In this document: one piece after another, positions 1 through 9,213 of the stretch | Layout of the letters: each line of letters opens with the position of its first letter | Numbering within the stretch: position 1 is the first letter of the stretch | Assembly (NCBI GenBank): GCA_964428655.1 | Contig: CAYRYE010000001.1 | Span: 376,406 to 440,405 of the forward strand | DNA: 64,000 nucleotides | Source: an uncultured Gammaproteobacteria bacterium | Lineage (GTDB): Bacteria > Patescibacteriota > Microgenomatia > UBA12405 > JAHJSD01 | Direction: 5' to 3' | Program-made: the position numbers and the translations under genes | The notes under the pieces: model-generated | What the model was told of the DNA's origin: nothing | Database searches by the model: none | The model's input: the letters and a program-made list of their open reading frames with translations, nothing else

Positions 1-1
1 T

Positions 2-301
2 GAAAAAGGAACTAATTGGCTGGAGTGGAAGGGAAATGTTAAAGAATCGGGCCTTCTTCAAGTTAGTGTTTTCCGTTTCCCAGGCTGGAAGGTTTGGATT
101 GATTATGATGAGGTAGAGTTAACCCATGAAAAAGAGTTGGGTAGAATGCTAGTCAAAGTTGACGAAGGAAAACACAAAGTCTATTTCCGTTTTACCAATA
201 CTCCAATCAGGTCCTGGTCAAACCTGATTTCTCTCTTATCTTGGGGAGTTTTGTTACTTGTTATCCTCAGAAATAAATGGCGAAAAATAACCCTGATATA
301 A
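2..301 (+). CDS. C-terminal fragment of YfhO-like/6-pyruvoyl-tetrahydropterin-synthase-related membrane (GT-C type) protein, truncated by window edge
   Basis: Own translation of frame +2, open from base 2 to TAA at 299-301: ...FRFPGWKVWID...GKHKVYFRFTNTPIRSWSNLISLLSW..., the typical C-terminus of this family; not in the ORF track. Confidence 0.7.
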   Translation, partial: EKGTNWLEWKGNVKESGLLQVSVFRFPGWKVWIDYDEVELTHEKELGRMLVKVDEGKHKVYFRFTNTPIRSWSNLISLLSWGVLLLVILRNKWRKITLI

Positions 302-1731
302 AGAGGAAGGCTTTTGCTGGCATTGGCGCCTTAATGATGCGCAGCTTGTTAATGCAGCCGATCTCTTTTTTAGGTTTTTTCTTTCTTTCAGTATTTCTGA
401 AGCGTTGGGAATTGGGAGTATTCTGGGCTGTTTCCGAGGTAGTTGGCTTGCTGGGCTATTTTTCTGATGTTGGTTTAGCAGCCGCTTTGATTCAAAAAAA
501 AGCCAAGCCTAAGAAGGAGGAGATCAGGGCCACTTTTACGATTCAACAGATTTTGGTTTTGGGGTTGATAATTATTGCTGTTGTTCTTGCTCCTTTCTTA
601 CAGCGCCGGTTTAATTTTACTGACGAAGGAAGGTTATTGTTCTATTCATTTTTATTTGGTTTTTTTGCCGCTTCTTTAAAGACGATTCCTTCAGTCAACC
701 TTGAGCGTCGACTTAAGTTTGGAAAGTTGGCCATAGTTGACTTGGTAGAACAGACAGTTTTTACCAGTTTGGCCGTTTTATTGGCCTGGCGTGGTTTTGG
801 AATAACCAGCTGGATCGGAGCTATTCTGGCTCGGTCTTTAGTGGGTGTAGTTTTAATCTATTTATTTTCACCTTGGCCGATTGGCATCAGTTTTAATTTT
901 AAAACTCTTAGATCCTTAGTGAAGTTTGGCGTTCCTTTTCAGATTAATTCACTGCTGGCAGTTTTCAAAGATAGGCTGGTCAACATTTTTCTTTGGGGCA
1001 TTGTTGGCAGTGACGGAATTGGCATTTTGGGTTGGGCTCAGCGCTGGGCCCAACTGCCCTTAAAATTTTTAATGGACCCCGTGATTAGAGTTGCTTTTCC
1101 AGCCTATTCAAGGCTTCAGGGAGACAAACAGCGGTTGAAGAATGCTTTGGAAAGAAGCGGCTTTTTTGTTAATTTATTCATTTTTCCCTTCTTAGTCGGA
1201 ATGGGATTAGCAATGCCCAGAGTAATTGCCGTCTTTCCCCAGTATCAAAAGTGGTCAATAGCCTTGGTTTCTTTTGCTTGGTATTTGGCTAATTTTGGCT
1301 TTGGGGCGGCAACAACGCCATTGGTTAATGCTTTCAACGCCGTTGGTAAAATTAAAATTAGTTTAAAACTGATGGTTTTTTGGACAATTTTGACCTGGTT
1401 GTTTGTTCCTTTTTTAGCCAAGATAAACGGAGCTAATGGAGCCGCCTTTGGCCTCTTTTTAGTTTCGGCGAGTTCTTTTATTGCCTGGCGGTTGGCAAAA
1501 AAAGAATTTAGTGTTTCCTTGAAGAGAATTATTTTCACCCCACTTGTTCTGACAGCGATAATGGCAGTGGTCCTATTGCTTATTAACCAGTTTCTTCCGG
1601 CTACCTTGCTGGGTTTAATTATCTTTGTCCTAACTGGCGGCTTAATCTATTTGATAGCGCTATTGTTAGCAGTTAAAGATGAGTTGATTTGGTTTATAAA
1701 AGGGGCCTTATCACTAGTGAAAAAGTCGTGA
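277..1731 (+). CDS. wzx: Wzx/MOP-family oligosaccharide flippase
   Basis: 484 aa with about 12-14 hydrophobic segments; SDVGLAAALIQKK and LERRLKFGKLAIVD motifs; VAFPAYSRLQ. Confidence 0.85.
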   Translation: MAKNNPDIKRKAFAGIGALMMRSLLMQPISFLGFFFLSVFLKRWELGVFWAVSEVVGLLGYFSDVGLAAALIQKKAKPKKEEIRATFTIQQILVLGLIIIAVVLAPFLQRRFNFTDEGRLLFYSFLFGFFAASLKTIPSVNLERRLKFGKLAIVDLVEQTVFTSLAVLLAWRGFGITSWIGAILARSLVGVVLIYLFSPWPIGISFNFKTLRSLVKFGVPFQINSLLAVFKDRLVNIFLWGIVGSDGIGILGWAQRWAQLPLKFLMDPVIRVAFPAYSRLQGDKQRLKNALERSGFFVNLFIFPFLVGMGLAMPRVIAVFPQYQKWSIALVSFAWYLANFGFGAATTPLVNAFNAVGKIKISLKLMVFWTILTWLFVPFLAKINGANGAAFGLFLVSASSFIAWRLAKKEFSVSLKRIIFTPLVLTAIMAVVLLLINQFLPATLLGLIIFVLTGGLIYLIALLLAVKDELIWFIKGALSLVKKS

Positions 1732-3398
1732 AAAAGATACTTTTAATCCTTTTGATTGTTATTGGTTCTTCTTTTCAGTTGCTGACCGTTTTTAAAAGTG
1801 GCAATCAGTGTCAGTTAGGGATTTGTTTTTGGGGTCCAAACGGGCATGATGGAGTTTGGCATTTAGCTTTAATAAATCAAGCCGCTAAGAAAATTCCTCC
1901 CGCCAACCCAGTTTTTGCTGGCGAGGTTTTGAAAAATTATCATTGGGGGTATAATTTTACCGCCGGCTGGTTGGCAAAAATTCTGTCACTCTCGGTTGCC
2001 AATGTTCATTTTAGGGTTTTACCATTGATTTTTAGTTTGCTTTTGGGTTGGTTGAGTTTTAAATTGGGAATTTTAATCACTGGTAGATTTTGGGTTGGTT
2101 TCTGGTTTGCCTTTTTAAACTATTTTGCCAGTTCTTTGGGTTGGGTAATTACTCTAATTAGGAATGGGAATCTGGGGGGCGAGTCATTGTTCTGGTCAAT
2201 GCAATCCGCTTCTTTTCTTCTCAATCCTCCTTATGCCATGTCTGTGATTCTTTTGCTTTTGGGCCTCTGTCTTTGGAAAAAACGGCAAGGCAGTCTTGGT
2301 TTGGCAAGAACACTTTTTTTAGGCTTGTTGTTTGGTTTATTGTTGAACATCAAGGCTTATTTAGGCATATTATTTCTCCTTGCCTTATTATTTTCTATTC
2401 TTCTTGATTTTTTTGTCCATCGGAGATGGGATAAGGAAAAGGTAATGATTGGCGTTCTTTCTTCGGTCGCCATGGGAGTAGTTTGGTTTTTTTGCCAAAG
2501 AGGCGGCGGCTCTCCTTTTGTTTTTGAGCCTCTTTGGTTTGTGCGGACTATGTTTGAAGCCCAGGACAGATTATTTATTCCCAAACTTGGAAAAGTTTGG
2601 TGGATTCTGAGCAGTAGTTGGTTAACTAATCCCAAATTCTGGATTTTAGCCGCAGGGGGAATATTTTTATTTATAGCGGGTAATTTTGGCACCAGATTGT
2701 TGGGGCTGCTTAGGATTAGAAAGAATTCTTGGGATTGGCTTTTTCTAGGTTTTATTGTCAGCGGAGTTTTAATCCCTTTGTTTTTTACTCAAAAAGGAAC
2801 TGCCTGGAACACTATTCAATTTTTTTATTATTCTTTATTTTTTTCAAACTGGTTCTTAGCTAAATTTCTTGACTCTTTAACTAAAAAGAAATTATCAAAT
2901 CTGATTGGTTTGTTTTTTATAATCCTGCCGCTTTTACTTTCAAATCATGAAGTGTTCAAAACCTATCTTTCTCCTAACCCGACTGCCTATATTCCTAAAA
3001 ACGAGTTAAAAGCCCTTGAATTTTTAAATGATCAGAAAGATGGAGTAGTTTTGACTTTTCCTTATGATCCTTTTGGCAAAGATGGAATAACTCCGCCGCT
3101 GCCATTGTATTTTTATGAAACAACCGCCTATGTGGCTGGTTTTTCTGGACAACAGACTTTTCTTGAGGATGAAATGAATTTGGAAATAACCGGTTATCCT
3201 TGGAAAGAAAGAAGAGTTGAAGTTGAAAAGTTTTTTTCCACCACTGATAAAATTTTGGCCCGTGGTCTTTTATTAAATAATGGTATTGACTATGTTTACT
3301 TAGCTAATAATCAGGATTTTCAAATCCAAGAGGGAGATTTGGGTTTAAAGATGATTTTTGACAATGGACCAGTTAAAATATACAGAGTATTGAAATGA
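1728..3398 (+). CDS. Multi-pass membrane protein, probable GT-C fold glycosyltransferase
   Basis: GTG at 1728 overlaps the wzx stop (GTGA); N-terminal loop HDGVWHLAL...NYHW; many TMs; C-terminal soluble domain ending IDYVYL...IYRV. Confidence 0.65.
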   Translation: MKKILLILLIVIGSSFQLLTVFKSGNQCQLGICFWGPNGHDGVWHLALINQAAKKIPPANPVFAGEVLKNYHWGYNFTAGWLAKILSLSVANVHFRVLPLIFSLLLGWLSFKLGILITGRFWVGFWFAFLNYFASSLGWVITLIRNGNLGGESLFWSMQSASFLLNPPYAMSVILLLLGLCLWKKRQGSLGLARTLFLGLLFGLLLNIKAYLGILFLLALLFSILLDFFVHRRWDKEKVMIGVLSSVAMGVVWFFCQRGGGSPFVFEPLWFVRTMFEAQDRLFIPKLGKVWWILSSSWLTNPKFWILAAGGIFLFIAGNFGTRLLGLLRIRKNSWDWLFLGFIVSGVLIPLFFTQKGTAWNTIQFFYYSLFFSNWFLAKFLDSLTKKKLSNLIGLFFIILPLLLSNHEVFKTYLSPNPTAYIPKNELKALEFLNDQKDGVVLTFPYDPFGKDGITPPLPLYFYETTAYVAGFSGQQTFLEDEMNLEITGYPWKERRVEVEKFFSTTDKILARGLLLNNGIDYVYLANNQDFQIQEGDLGLKMIFDNGPVKIYRVLK

Positions 3399-4339
3399 AA
3401 AAGCCTTTGATTTCCGTTGTTGTTAATACGATTGATGGTGAGGAGGAGAATTTAGCTCGCTGTTTGGAGTCAGTTCGCCGGTTAGCAGATGAAATTGTAG
3501 TTATTGACATGTGCAGTAAGGACAAGGGCAGGCAAGTGGCTAAAAGTTTTGGCGCAGAAGTTTATCCCCATAAATATCTTACTTACGTTGAGCCGGCAAG
3601 GAATTTTGCCATCAGCAAGGCTAAGGGCAAATGGATATTGGTTCTTGATCCCGATGAGAAAATATCTCGTACTTTAGCCAGGAGACTTCGAAATATTATT
3701 ATTGATGAAGACAAGAAAGACCTTGATTGTGTTCTGATTCCTCGGAAAAATATTATCTTGGGCAAGTGGATGCAGAACTCTCGCTGGTGGCCTGATTATT
3801 TGCCTCGATTTTTCAGAAAAGGGAGAATCAGGTGGCCAAAAGAGATTCATCAACAACCCAACTTGAGCGGTAAAAAAATTCACACCCTTTTAGATAGTGA
3901 AAGATTTGCCATTGTTCATTATAATTACGAAAGTCTAGATCAATTCTTGGAAAGAACTAAAAGATATGCCGAGGCTCGCGCTAAAGAGCTGGTTAAAGAA
4001 AAAAATTATAAACTTAGCAATAAAGATTTATTAATAAAGCCCCTTGAAGAGTTTTTGAACCGTTTTTTCATTGGCGAAGCTTATAAGGATGGAGTTCATG
4101 GCTTGGCTCTTTCCTTACTTCAAGCCTGGGCTGCCCTTCTTATTTATCTTAAAGTTTGGGAGATACAGAAGTATGCCCAAAAGCCGCTTGAGCCCCGAAA
4201 AGTTAAGGAAATAATTTCTGAGGCCGCTTATCAGTTGGGGTATTGGCGGGATGACTTTATAGCCAGCACTAGTTCTTCAGCGCTGGCTCCGATTTTAAAG
4301 CCATTTTTAAAAATCCGGACTTGGTTGACGAAACTTTGA
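3395..4339 (+). CDS. GT2 glycosyltransferase (beta-1,4-glucosyltransferase-like)
   Basis: ISVVVNT, DEIVVID, ARNFAISKAKGKWILVLDPDE, WPDYLPRFF. Confidence 0.9.
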   Translation: MKKPLISVVVNTIDGEEENLARCLESVRRLADEIVVIDMCSKDKGRQVAKSFGAEVYPHKYLTYVEPARNFAISKAKGKWILVLDPDEKISRTLARRLRNIIIDEDKKDLDCVLIPRKNIILGKWMQNSRWWPDYLPRFFRKGRIRWPKEIHQQPNLSGKKIHTLLDSERFAIVHYNYESLDQFLERTKRYAEARAKELVKEKNYKLSNKDLLIKPLEEFLNRFFIGEAYKDGVHGLALSLLQAWAALLIYLKVWEIQKYAQKPLEPRKVKEIISEAAYQLGYWRDDFIASTSSSALAPILKPFLKIRTWLTKL

Positions 4340-5277
4340 TGGAAAAGCTTTCAATTGTCATTCTTAACTATAATGGCAAGGAGATATTAAAGCAGACTCT
4401 TGAATCCTTGGTTAAAAGTATTTCTTCTTCTGGTCCCAAGATTATTGTTGTTGACAATGGTTCAACTGATGGCAGTAAAGAGTATTTGAAGCGCTTCGCT
4501 GAGAAATCCGCGAAAATCGATTCTGAGGTCCGCGTTAATTTATCTTTGATTGAAAATCAAAGCAATCTTGGTTTTACCGGTGGCAACAATGTTGGCATTA
4601 GACAAGCATTGAAAGACGGCGCAGATTACGTAATGCTTTTAAATAATGATGTTATTGTTAAAAACGCTTTTTGGAAACCATTAGTTGGTTTTTTGGAAGA
4701 GAACCAAAAAGTTGGCATAGTTGGGCCCAAGATTTATTTTGCTCCAGGCTGCGAGTTTCATCAAGATCGTTATTCCAAGAAAGATAGGGGTAAAGTGATT
4801 TGGTGTGCCGGAGGAATGATTGATTGGGGTAATGTTTATACTCCTCATCAAGGAGTAAACGAGGTAGATAGCGGCCAATACGGTGATGCCCGAGAGACAG
4901 ATTTTGTCAGCGGCTGCTGCCTATTGGCTAAACGAAAAGTGTGGGAAGAAGTTGGTTTGTTAGATGAGAGATATTTTCTTTATTTTGAAGATGTTGATTT
5001 TTGTTTGCAGGCTAAAAAGAAGGGTTGGGAAACTTATTTTGTTCCGGAAAGCAAAATTTGGCATTTGAATGCAGGCTCATCTGGTTGCGGGGGAGAACTT
5101 CAAGACTATTTCATTACCCGTAATCGATTGCTATTCGGTATGCGCTGGGCGCCTTTACGAACAAAGTTGGCCTTGATTCGCGAAAGTTTTAGAATTTTAA
5201 TGAGGAGTAGAAGATGGCAAAAGCTTGGCGTGAGGGATTTTTATCTGAGAAAGTTTGTTAAAGGTAGTTGGCAATGA
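4339..5277 (+). CDS. GT2 glycosyltransferase (WbbL-like/rhamnosyltransferase-like)
   Basis: ATG overlaps the upstream TGA; IVILNYNG, VVDNGSTDGS, NLGFTGGNN, LLNND, YFEDVDFC. Confidence 0.9.
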   Translation: MEKLSIVILNYNGKEILKQTLESLVKSISSSGPKIIVVDNGSTDGSKEYLKRFAEKSAKIDSEVRVNLSLIENQSNLGFTGGNNVGIRQALKDGADYVMLLNNDVIVKNAFWKPLVGFLEENQKVGIVGPKIYFAPGCEFHQDRYSKKDRGKVIWCAGGMIDWGNVYTPHQGVNEVDSGQYGDARETDFVSGCCLLAKRKVWEEVGLLDERYFLYFEDVDFCLQAKKKGWETYFVPESKIWHLNAGSSGCGGELQDYFITRNRLLFGMRWAPLRTKLALIRESFRILMRSRRWQKLGVRDFYLRKFVKGSWQ

Positions 5278-6059
5278 AAAAGAATAACATTTCTGTCATT
5301 ATTATTGCCGGTAACGCGGAAAAAGATATTGAGCGAGCTTTGGAATCAGCCAAGTGGGCCAAAGAAATAGTTGTCATTTTGGCTAATTCAACTGATGGAA
5401 CCGGAAGTATTGCCAAAAAGTACACTAGAAAAATATTTGAGACTCAGGACGAGTATGCTAGTCACTATGATAAATGGCGCAATCTTGGTTTGGAAAAAGC
5501 AGCCGGTGATTGGATTTTTTATCTTGATGCTGATGAAGTAATTACTCCGGAGTTGAAAAAAGAAATTTTGTTAATTACCAAACGCCAATCACCAAACACA
5601 GAACATCAATTTGTTGCCTACGCCGTCCCCCGTGAAAACTATTGTTTGGGTCAGCGAGTAAAATACGGCGGCTCTTGGCCTGATTATGTCAAGCGGTTGT
5701 TTTATAAGTCTGCCCTTGAGAAATGGGTTGGTCAATTGCATGAAGAGCCCGTTTTCAAAGGAAAACTGGGACATTTAAAGAACCCAATCAGACATTATAC
5801 TCACAAGAATTTGGCCTCAATGCTGGCAAAAACAATTAGTTGGTCAAAATTGGAAGCTGAGGAATTACATAAAGTTGGTCATCCACCAATGGTTTGGTGG
5901 CGTTTTTTACGGATGATGCTGACTGAGTTTTGGCAAAGGGGAATTAAAAAACAGGGATTTCGAGATGGAACGGTGGGAATAATAAAAGTAATTTTCCAAA
6001 TGTTTAGCCGTTTCATTACCTATGCGAGATTATGGGAATTACAGCAAAAGGAGAAGTAA
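5274..6059 (+). CDS. GT2 glycosyltransferase
   Basis: ISVIIIA, WIFYLDADE, WPDYVKRLF, LHEEP; paralog of 3395 and 25338. Confidence 0.9.
   Translation: MKKNNISVIIIAGNAEKDIERALESAKWAKEIVVILANSTDGTGSIAKKYTRKIFETQDEYASHYDKWRNLGLEKAAGDWIFYLDADEVITPELKKEILLITKRQSPNTEHQFVAYAVPRENYCLGQRVKYGGSWPDYVKRLFYKSALEKWVGQLHEEPVFKGKLGHLKNPIRHYTHKNLASMLAKTISWSKLEAEELHKVGHPPMVWWRFLRMMLTEFWQRGIKKQGFRDGTVGIIKVIFQMFSRFITYARLWELQQKEK
5574..5608 (+). repeat. Degenerate 7-nt tandem array, in frame
   Basis: attacca aacgcca atcacca aacacag aacatca (encodes ITKRQSPNTEHQ). Confidence 0.65.
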
Positions 6060-7153
6060 TGAGAGCTTTAATTTACGATCCCTATTTAGACACTCTTGGT
6101 GGCGGAGAGCGCTATTGTTTAACAGCGGCAGAGCATTTATTAGAAAATGATTGGCAGGTTGATTTACCATGGCCTGATAGCAAAATAAAACATAAGTTAA
6201 TCAAAAGGTTTAGTCTGAATATAGGTAATATCAATATTATTGATTTTGATATTTTATCGAAAAATTTGCTTTCAAAAATCAGCTTTTTTAAAAGATATGA
6301 TCTGGTTTTTTGGGTATCAGATGGCAGTGTGCCCTTTTTGTTCGGGAAGAAAAACTTGGTTCTTATTCAGGCGCCCTTTATTGGAGTTAATAAAAAGAGA
6401 TTTTTAAACAATTTTAAATTTAATTTTATTAATCAGGTTGTTTGCTATTCCAAATTTGCTAAAAAGTTTATTGATAAAGAATTTGGGGTTAATTCAATGG
6501 TATTATACCCGCCGGTTGACGTGGCAAGGTTTAAACCTGAGAAAAAAGAAAATCTGATTTTAGCTGTTAGCCGGTTTGAGGAAACAATGCAGGCCAAAAG
6601 ACAGAATGTTCTTATTGAGGTATTTAGGGAAATGATTGATGAAGGATTAAAAAACTGGAAGTTAATTTTGATTGGTGGTTCTTTAGAGGAGCCAAAAAAG
6701 AATAAATTTTTGAAAGAGCTTAAAGAGATGTCCCAAAATTATCCGGTAGAATTCTTAGTTAATACTTCTTTTAAAACTCTTCAAAAATATTATGGTCGGG
6801 CGAAAGTTTTCTGGCATGCAGCCGGTTTTGGAATAGATGGGGTAAAAGAGCCTTGGCGGATGGAGCATTTTGGAATGACGACTGTTGAGGCGATGGCCGC
6901 CGGTTGTGTTCCGGTAGTGTTTGGCGGCGGTGGTCTTCCTGAGATTGTGCGACGCGGAGCAGGGGAGAAGTGGAAGACAAAGAATGAGTTGAAAAGAAAA
7001 ACAATGAGACTAATTACCAATGAAGGTATTTTACTCAAGTATCAAAGGAAGGCTGCTCTGGCAGCTCAAAAATTTTCCAAAAATAATTTTTCTCAACAAT
7101 TCCAAGAGATTCTGAACGAGAAGGCCCTGAAATTTGTTTTAAGGACTCGGTAG
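6059..7153 (+). CDS. GT4 glycosyltransferase
   Basis: DTLGGGERY, LYPPVD, EHFGMTTVEAMAAGCVPV. Confidence 0.9.
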   Translation: MRALIYDPYLDTLGGGERYCLTAAEHLLENDWQVDLPWPDSKIKHKLIKRFSLNIGNINIIDFDILSKNLLSKISFFKRYDLVFWVSDGSVPFLFGKKNLVLIQAPFIGVNKKRFLNNFKFNFINQVVCYSKFAKKFIDKEFGVNSMVLYPPVDVARFKPEKKENLILAVSRFEETMQAKRQNVLIEVFREMIDEGLKNWKLILIGGSLEEPKKNKFLKELKEMSQNYPVEFLVNTSFKTLQKYYGRAKVFWHAAGFGIDGVKEPWRMEHFGMTTVEAMAAGCVPVVFGGGGLPEIVRRGAGEKWKTKNELKRKTMRLITNEGILLKYQRKAALAAQKFSKNNFSQQFQEILNEKALKFVLRTR

Positions 7154-7168
7154 TAATACAATTTGGAC

Positions 7169-8044
7169 ATGCTGTTAAGAAAGAAAGTATCGGTTATTAT
7201 TCCTAATTGGAACGGCGAGAAGCTGCTTCGAAAAAACTTGCCTCAAGTTTTGAAAGCTCTGCCGAAAAACAGCGAGGTGATTGTGGTTGATGATGGTTCA
7301 ACCGATGGCAGTAAGAAGTATCTTAAAACCATAACTAAAAACTTAAAAGTAATTTTCAATGACCGTAATCTTGGTTTTAGCAAGGTGTGTAATCAAGCAG
7401 CAAAATCAGCAAAAGGAGAGTTTCTAGTTTTGCTGAACAATGATGTTATTCCTGAAAAAGGGTTTTTAAAACCGGCTCTAAATCATTTTAACGATCCTGA
7501 TGTTTTTGCTGTTTCTTTTAATGAACCTCAATTTGGCTGGGCCAAAATTTGGTGGCGGGGCGGCTTTATTCATCATGGCACAGGCGGCAGGGGAAAGAAA
7601 TCCCACATTTGCGCTTGGGCCTCAGGAGGAAGTGCCGTTTTCAGAAAGTCTATGTGGCGGGAATTAGGTGGCCTTGACAAGCTTTACGAACCGTTTTATT
7701 GGGAGGACTTTGATTTGGGTTATCGAGCTTGGAGGCGCGGCTGGAAAATTATTTGGGAGCCGGGTTCAATTGTCTACCACCGTCATGAATCGACAATTTC
7801 TAAATTTTCCCGAGATTATGTAAATTTAATCCGAGAGCGAAACCAGCTTTTATTTATTTGGAAAAATATAGACGATTTTTGGCTGCGGCTTTCTCACCCT
7901 TTTGGTTTAGCTTTAAGAGCCTTGACTGCCCCTAATTATATTAAAGTAATCTGGTCAGCCTGTAAGCAGTATCGCCGATTTAATAAACCAGAAGAAAAAA
8001 ACAGAGTTAGAGCAGATAAAGAAATTTTAGGATTATTTAAATGA
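7169..8044 (+). CDS. GT2 glycosyltransferase
   Basis: VSVIIPNWNG, VVDDGSTDGS, LLNND, YWEDFDLGYRAW. Confidence 0.9.
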   Translation: MLLRKKVSVIIPNWNGEKLLRKNLPQVLKALPKNSEVIVVDDGSTDGSKKYLKTITKNLKVIFNDRNLGFSKVCNQAAKSAKGEFLVLLNNDVIPEKGFLKPALNHFNDPDVFAVSFNEPQFGWAKIWWRGGFIHHGTGGRGKKSHICAWASGGSAVFRKSMWRELGGLDKLYEPFYWEDFDLGYRAWRRGWKIIWEPGSIVYHRHESTISKFSRDYVNLIRERNQLLFIWKNIDDFWLRLSHPFGLALRALTAPNYIKVIWSACKQYRRFNKPEEKNRVRADKEILGLFK

Positions 8045-8850
8045 TGCTTTCTATTATTGTTGTTAGTTATAATACTAAACAATTGCTTCATAATTGCTTA
8101 AAAAGTATTGAAAAGAATAGAAAAGAATTGAAAAGTGTGGAAGTAATAGTAGTTGATAATGGGTCAACCGATGGCAGCAAAGAATATCTCAAAACCACAA
8201 CCAAAGACTTAAAAGTAATTTTCAATGACCGTAATTTGGGTTTTGCTGAAGCCAATAATCAAGGAATAAAGATTGCTAAAGGCAAATATGTTTTGCTTCT
8301 CAACAGCGACACAGTTGTAAAGGCTGGCGCCTTAAAACAATTAGTAGAATTTGCTGAAGAAAAACCAGACGCCGGTGTTATTGGATCTCAGTTATTAAAT
8401 CCTGACGATAGCGTTCAGCCCTCTTGCTATCATTCTCCTTCTATTTTTGGAGCAGTAAAAGAATTTTGGCTGGGGCAGAAGGGCGCTTTTACTAAATATG
8501 CGCCGGGAACCAAGGAGCCTGTTGCTGTTGATGCTGTGGTTGGAGCCGCCTTTTTAATTCGAAAAGAAGTGATTGACAAAATTGGCTTGCTTGATGAGCA
8601 ATATTTTATGTATTTTGAAGATCTGGATTATTGCCGCCGAGCTTGGCGGGCGGGTTATAAAGTTTATTATTTACCTGGGGCAGAAATAATCCACCTGCAT
8701 GGCGCCAGCGGAAAGAAACTTAAGAGCAAACCTAATCAGTGGTTAATAGAAAGCAGCAAAATTTATCACGGTAAGTTTAGGCATTACCTGATTAACTTTA
8801 TTATTTGGCTAGGTCAGAAATACCAGAGGTTAGAGAAATTTAAATATTGA
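8041..8850 (+). CDS. GT2 glycosyltransferase (WbbL-like)
   Basis: SIIVVSYNT, VVDNGSTDGS, LLLNSD, YFEDLDYC. Confidence 0.9.
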   Translation: MMLSIIVVSYNTKQLLHNCLKSIEKNRKELKSVEVIVVDNGSTDGSKEYLKTTTKDLKVIFNDRNLGFAEANNQGIKIAKGKYVLLLNSDTVVKAGALKQLVEFAEEKPDAGVIGSQLLNPDDSVQPSCYHSPSIFGAVKEFWLGQKGAFTKYAPGTKEPVAVDAVVGAAFLIRKEVIDKIGLLDEQYFMYFEDLDYCRRAWRAGYKVYYLPGAEIIHLHGASGKKLKSKPNQWLIESSKIYHGKFRHYLINFIIWLGQKYQRLEKFKY

Positions 8851-8884
8851 GTGAAGAGTGAATAACATGTACTGTTTCGGTAGT

Positions 8885-9136
8885 TTAGTAAAGTCCTCTA
8901 CGTACACGATGTACATAATATCCTATTCTTAAGACAGCTTTCTGGATTAGCCTTGGATTTACAAGATTGCTTGGAGTACGTATGCGGTGTTCTCCATCGT
9001 CACAGTCTATGTCGACAATCTGCAGAACTGATCCTTTAGAGACTTCAGTTACTCTGCCCCTAATTAATGGTGCTCTCCTGCCACATCCTTTACGAACGAA
9101 TACTTCGTCACCAGTTTGTACTACCCTTTCTCCCAT
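8885..9136 (-). CDS. Small orphan basic protein (83 aa), possibly SH3/KOW-like
   Basis: ATG at 9136 preceded by TATAAT 7 nt upstream; MGERVVQTGDEVFVRKGCGRR...GRVTEV pattern; fills an intergenic gap. Confidence 0.55.
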   Translation of the reverse strand: MGERVVQTGDEVFVRKGCGRRAPLIRGRVTEVSKGSVLQIVDIDCDDGEHRIRTPSNLVNPRLIQKAVLRIGYYVHRVRRGLY

Positions 9137-9213
9137 ATAAATAATTATATTGGAAAAGATTGTTAAAATCAACTTTTTGTGTGTTAGTTGGCTGAGGTAG
9201 AACTTATGGTAAA

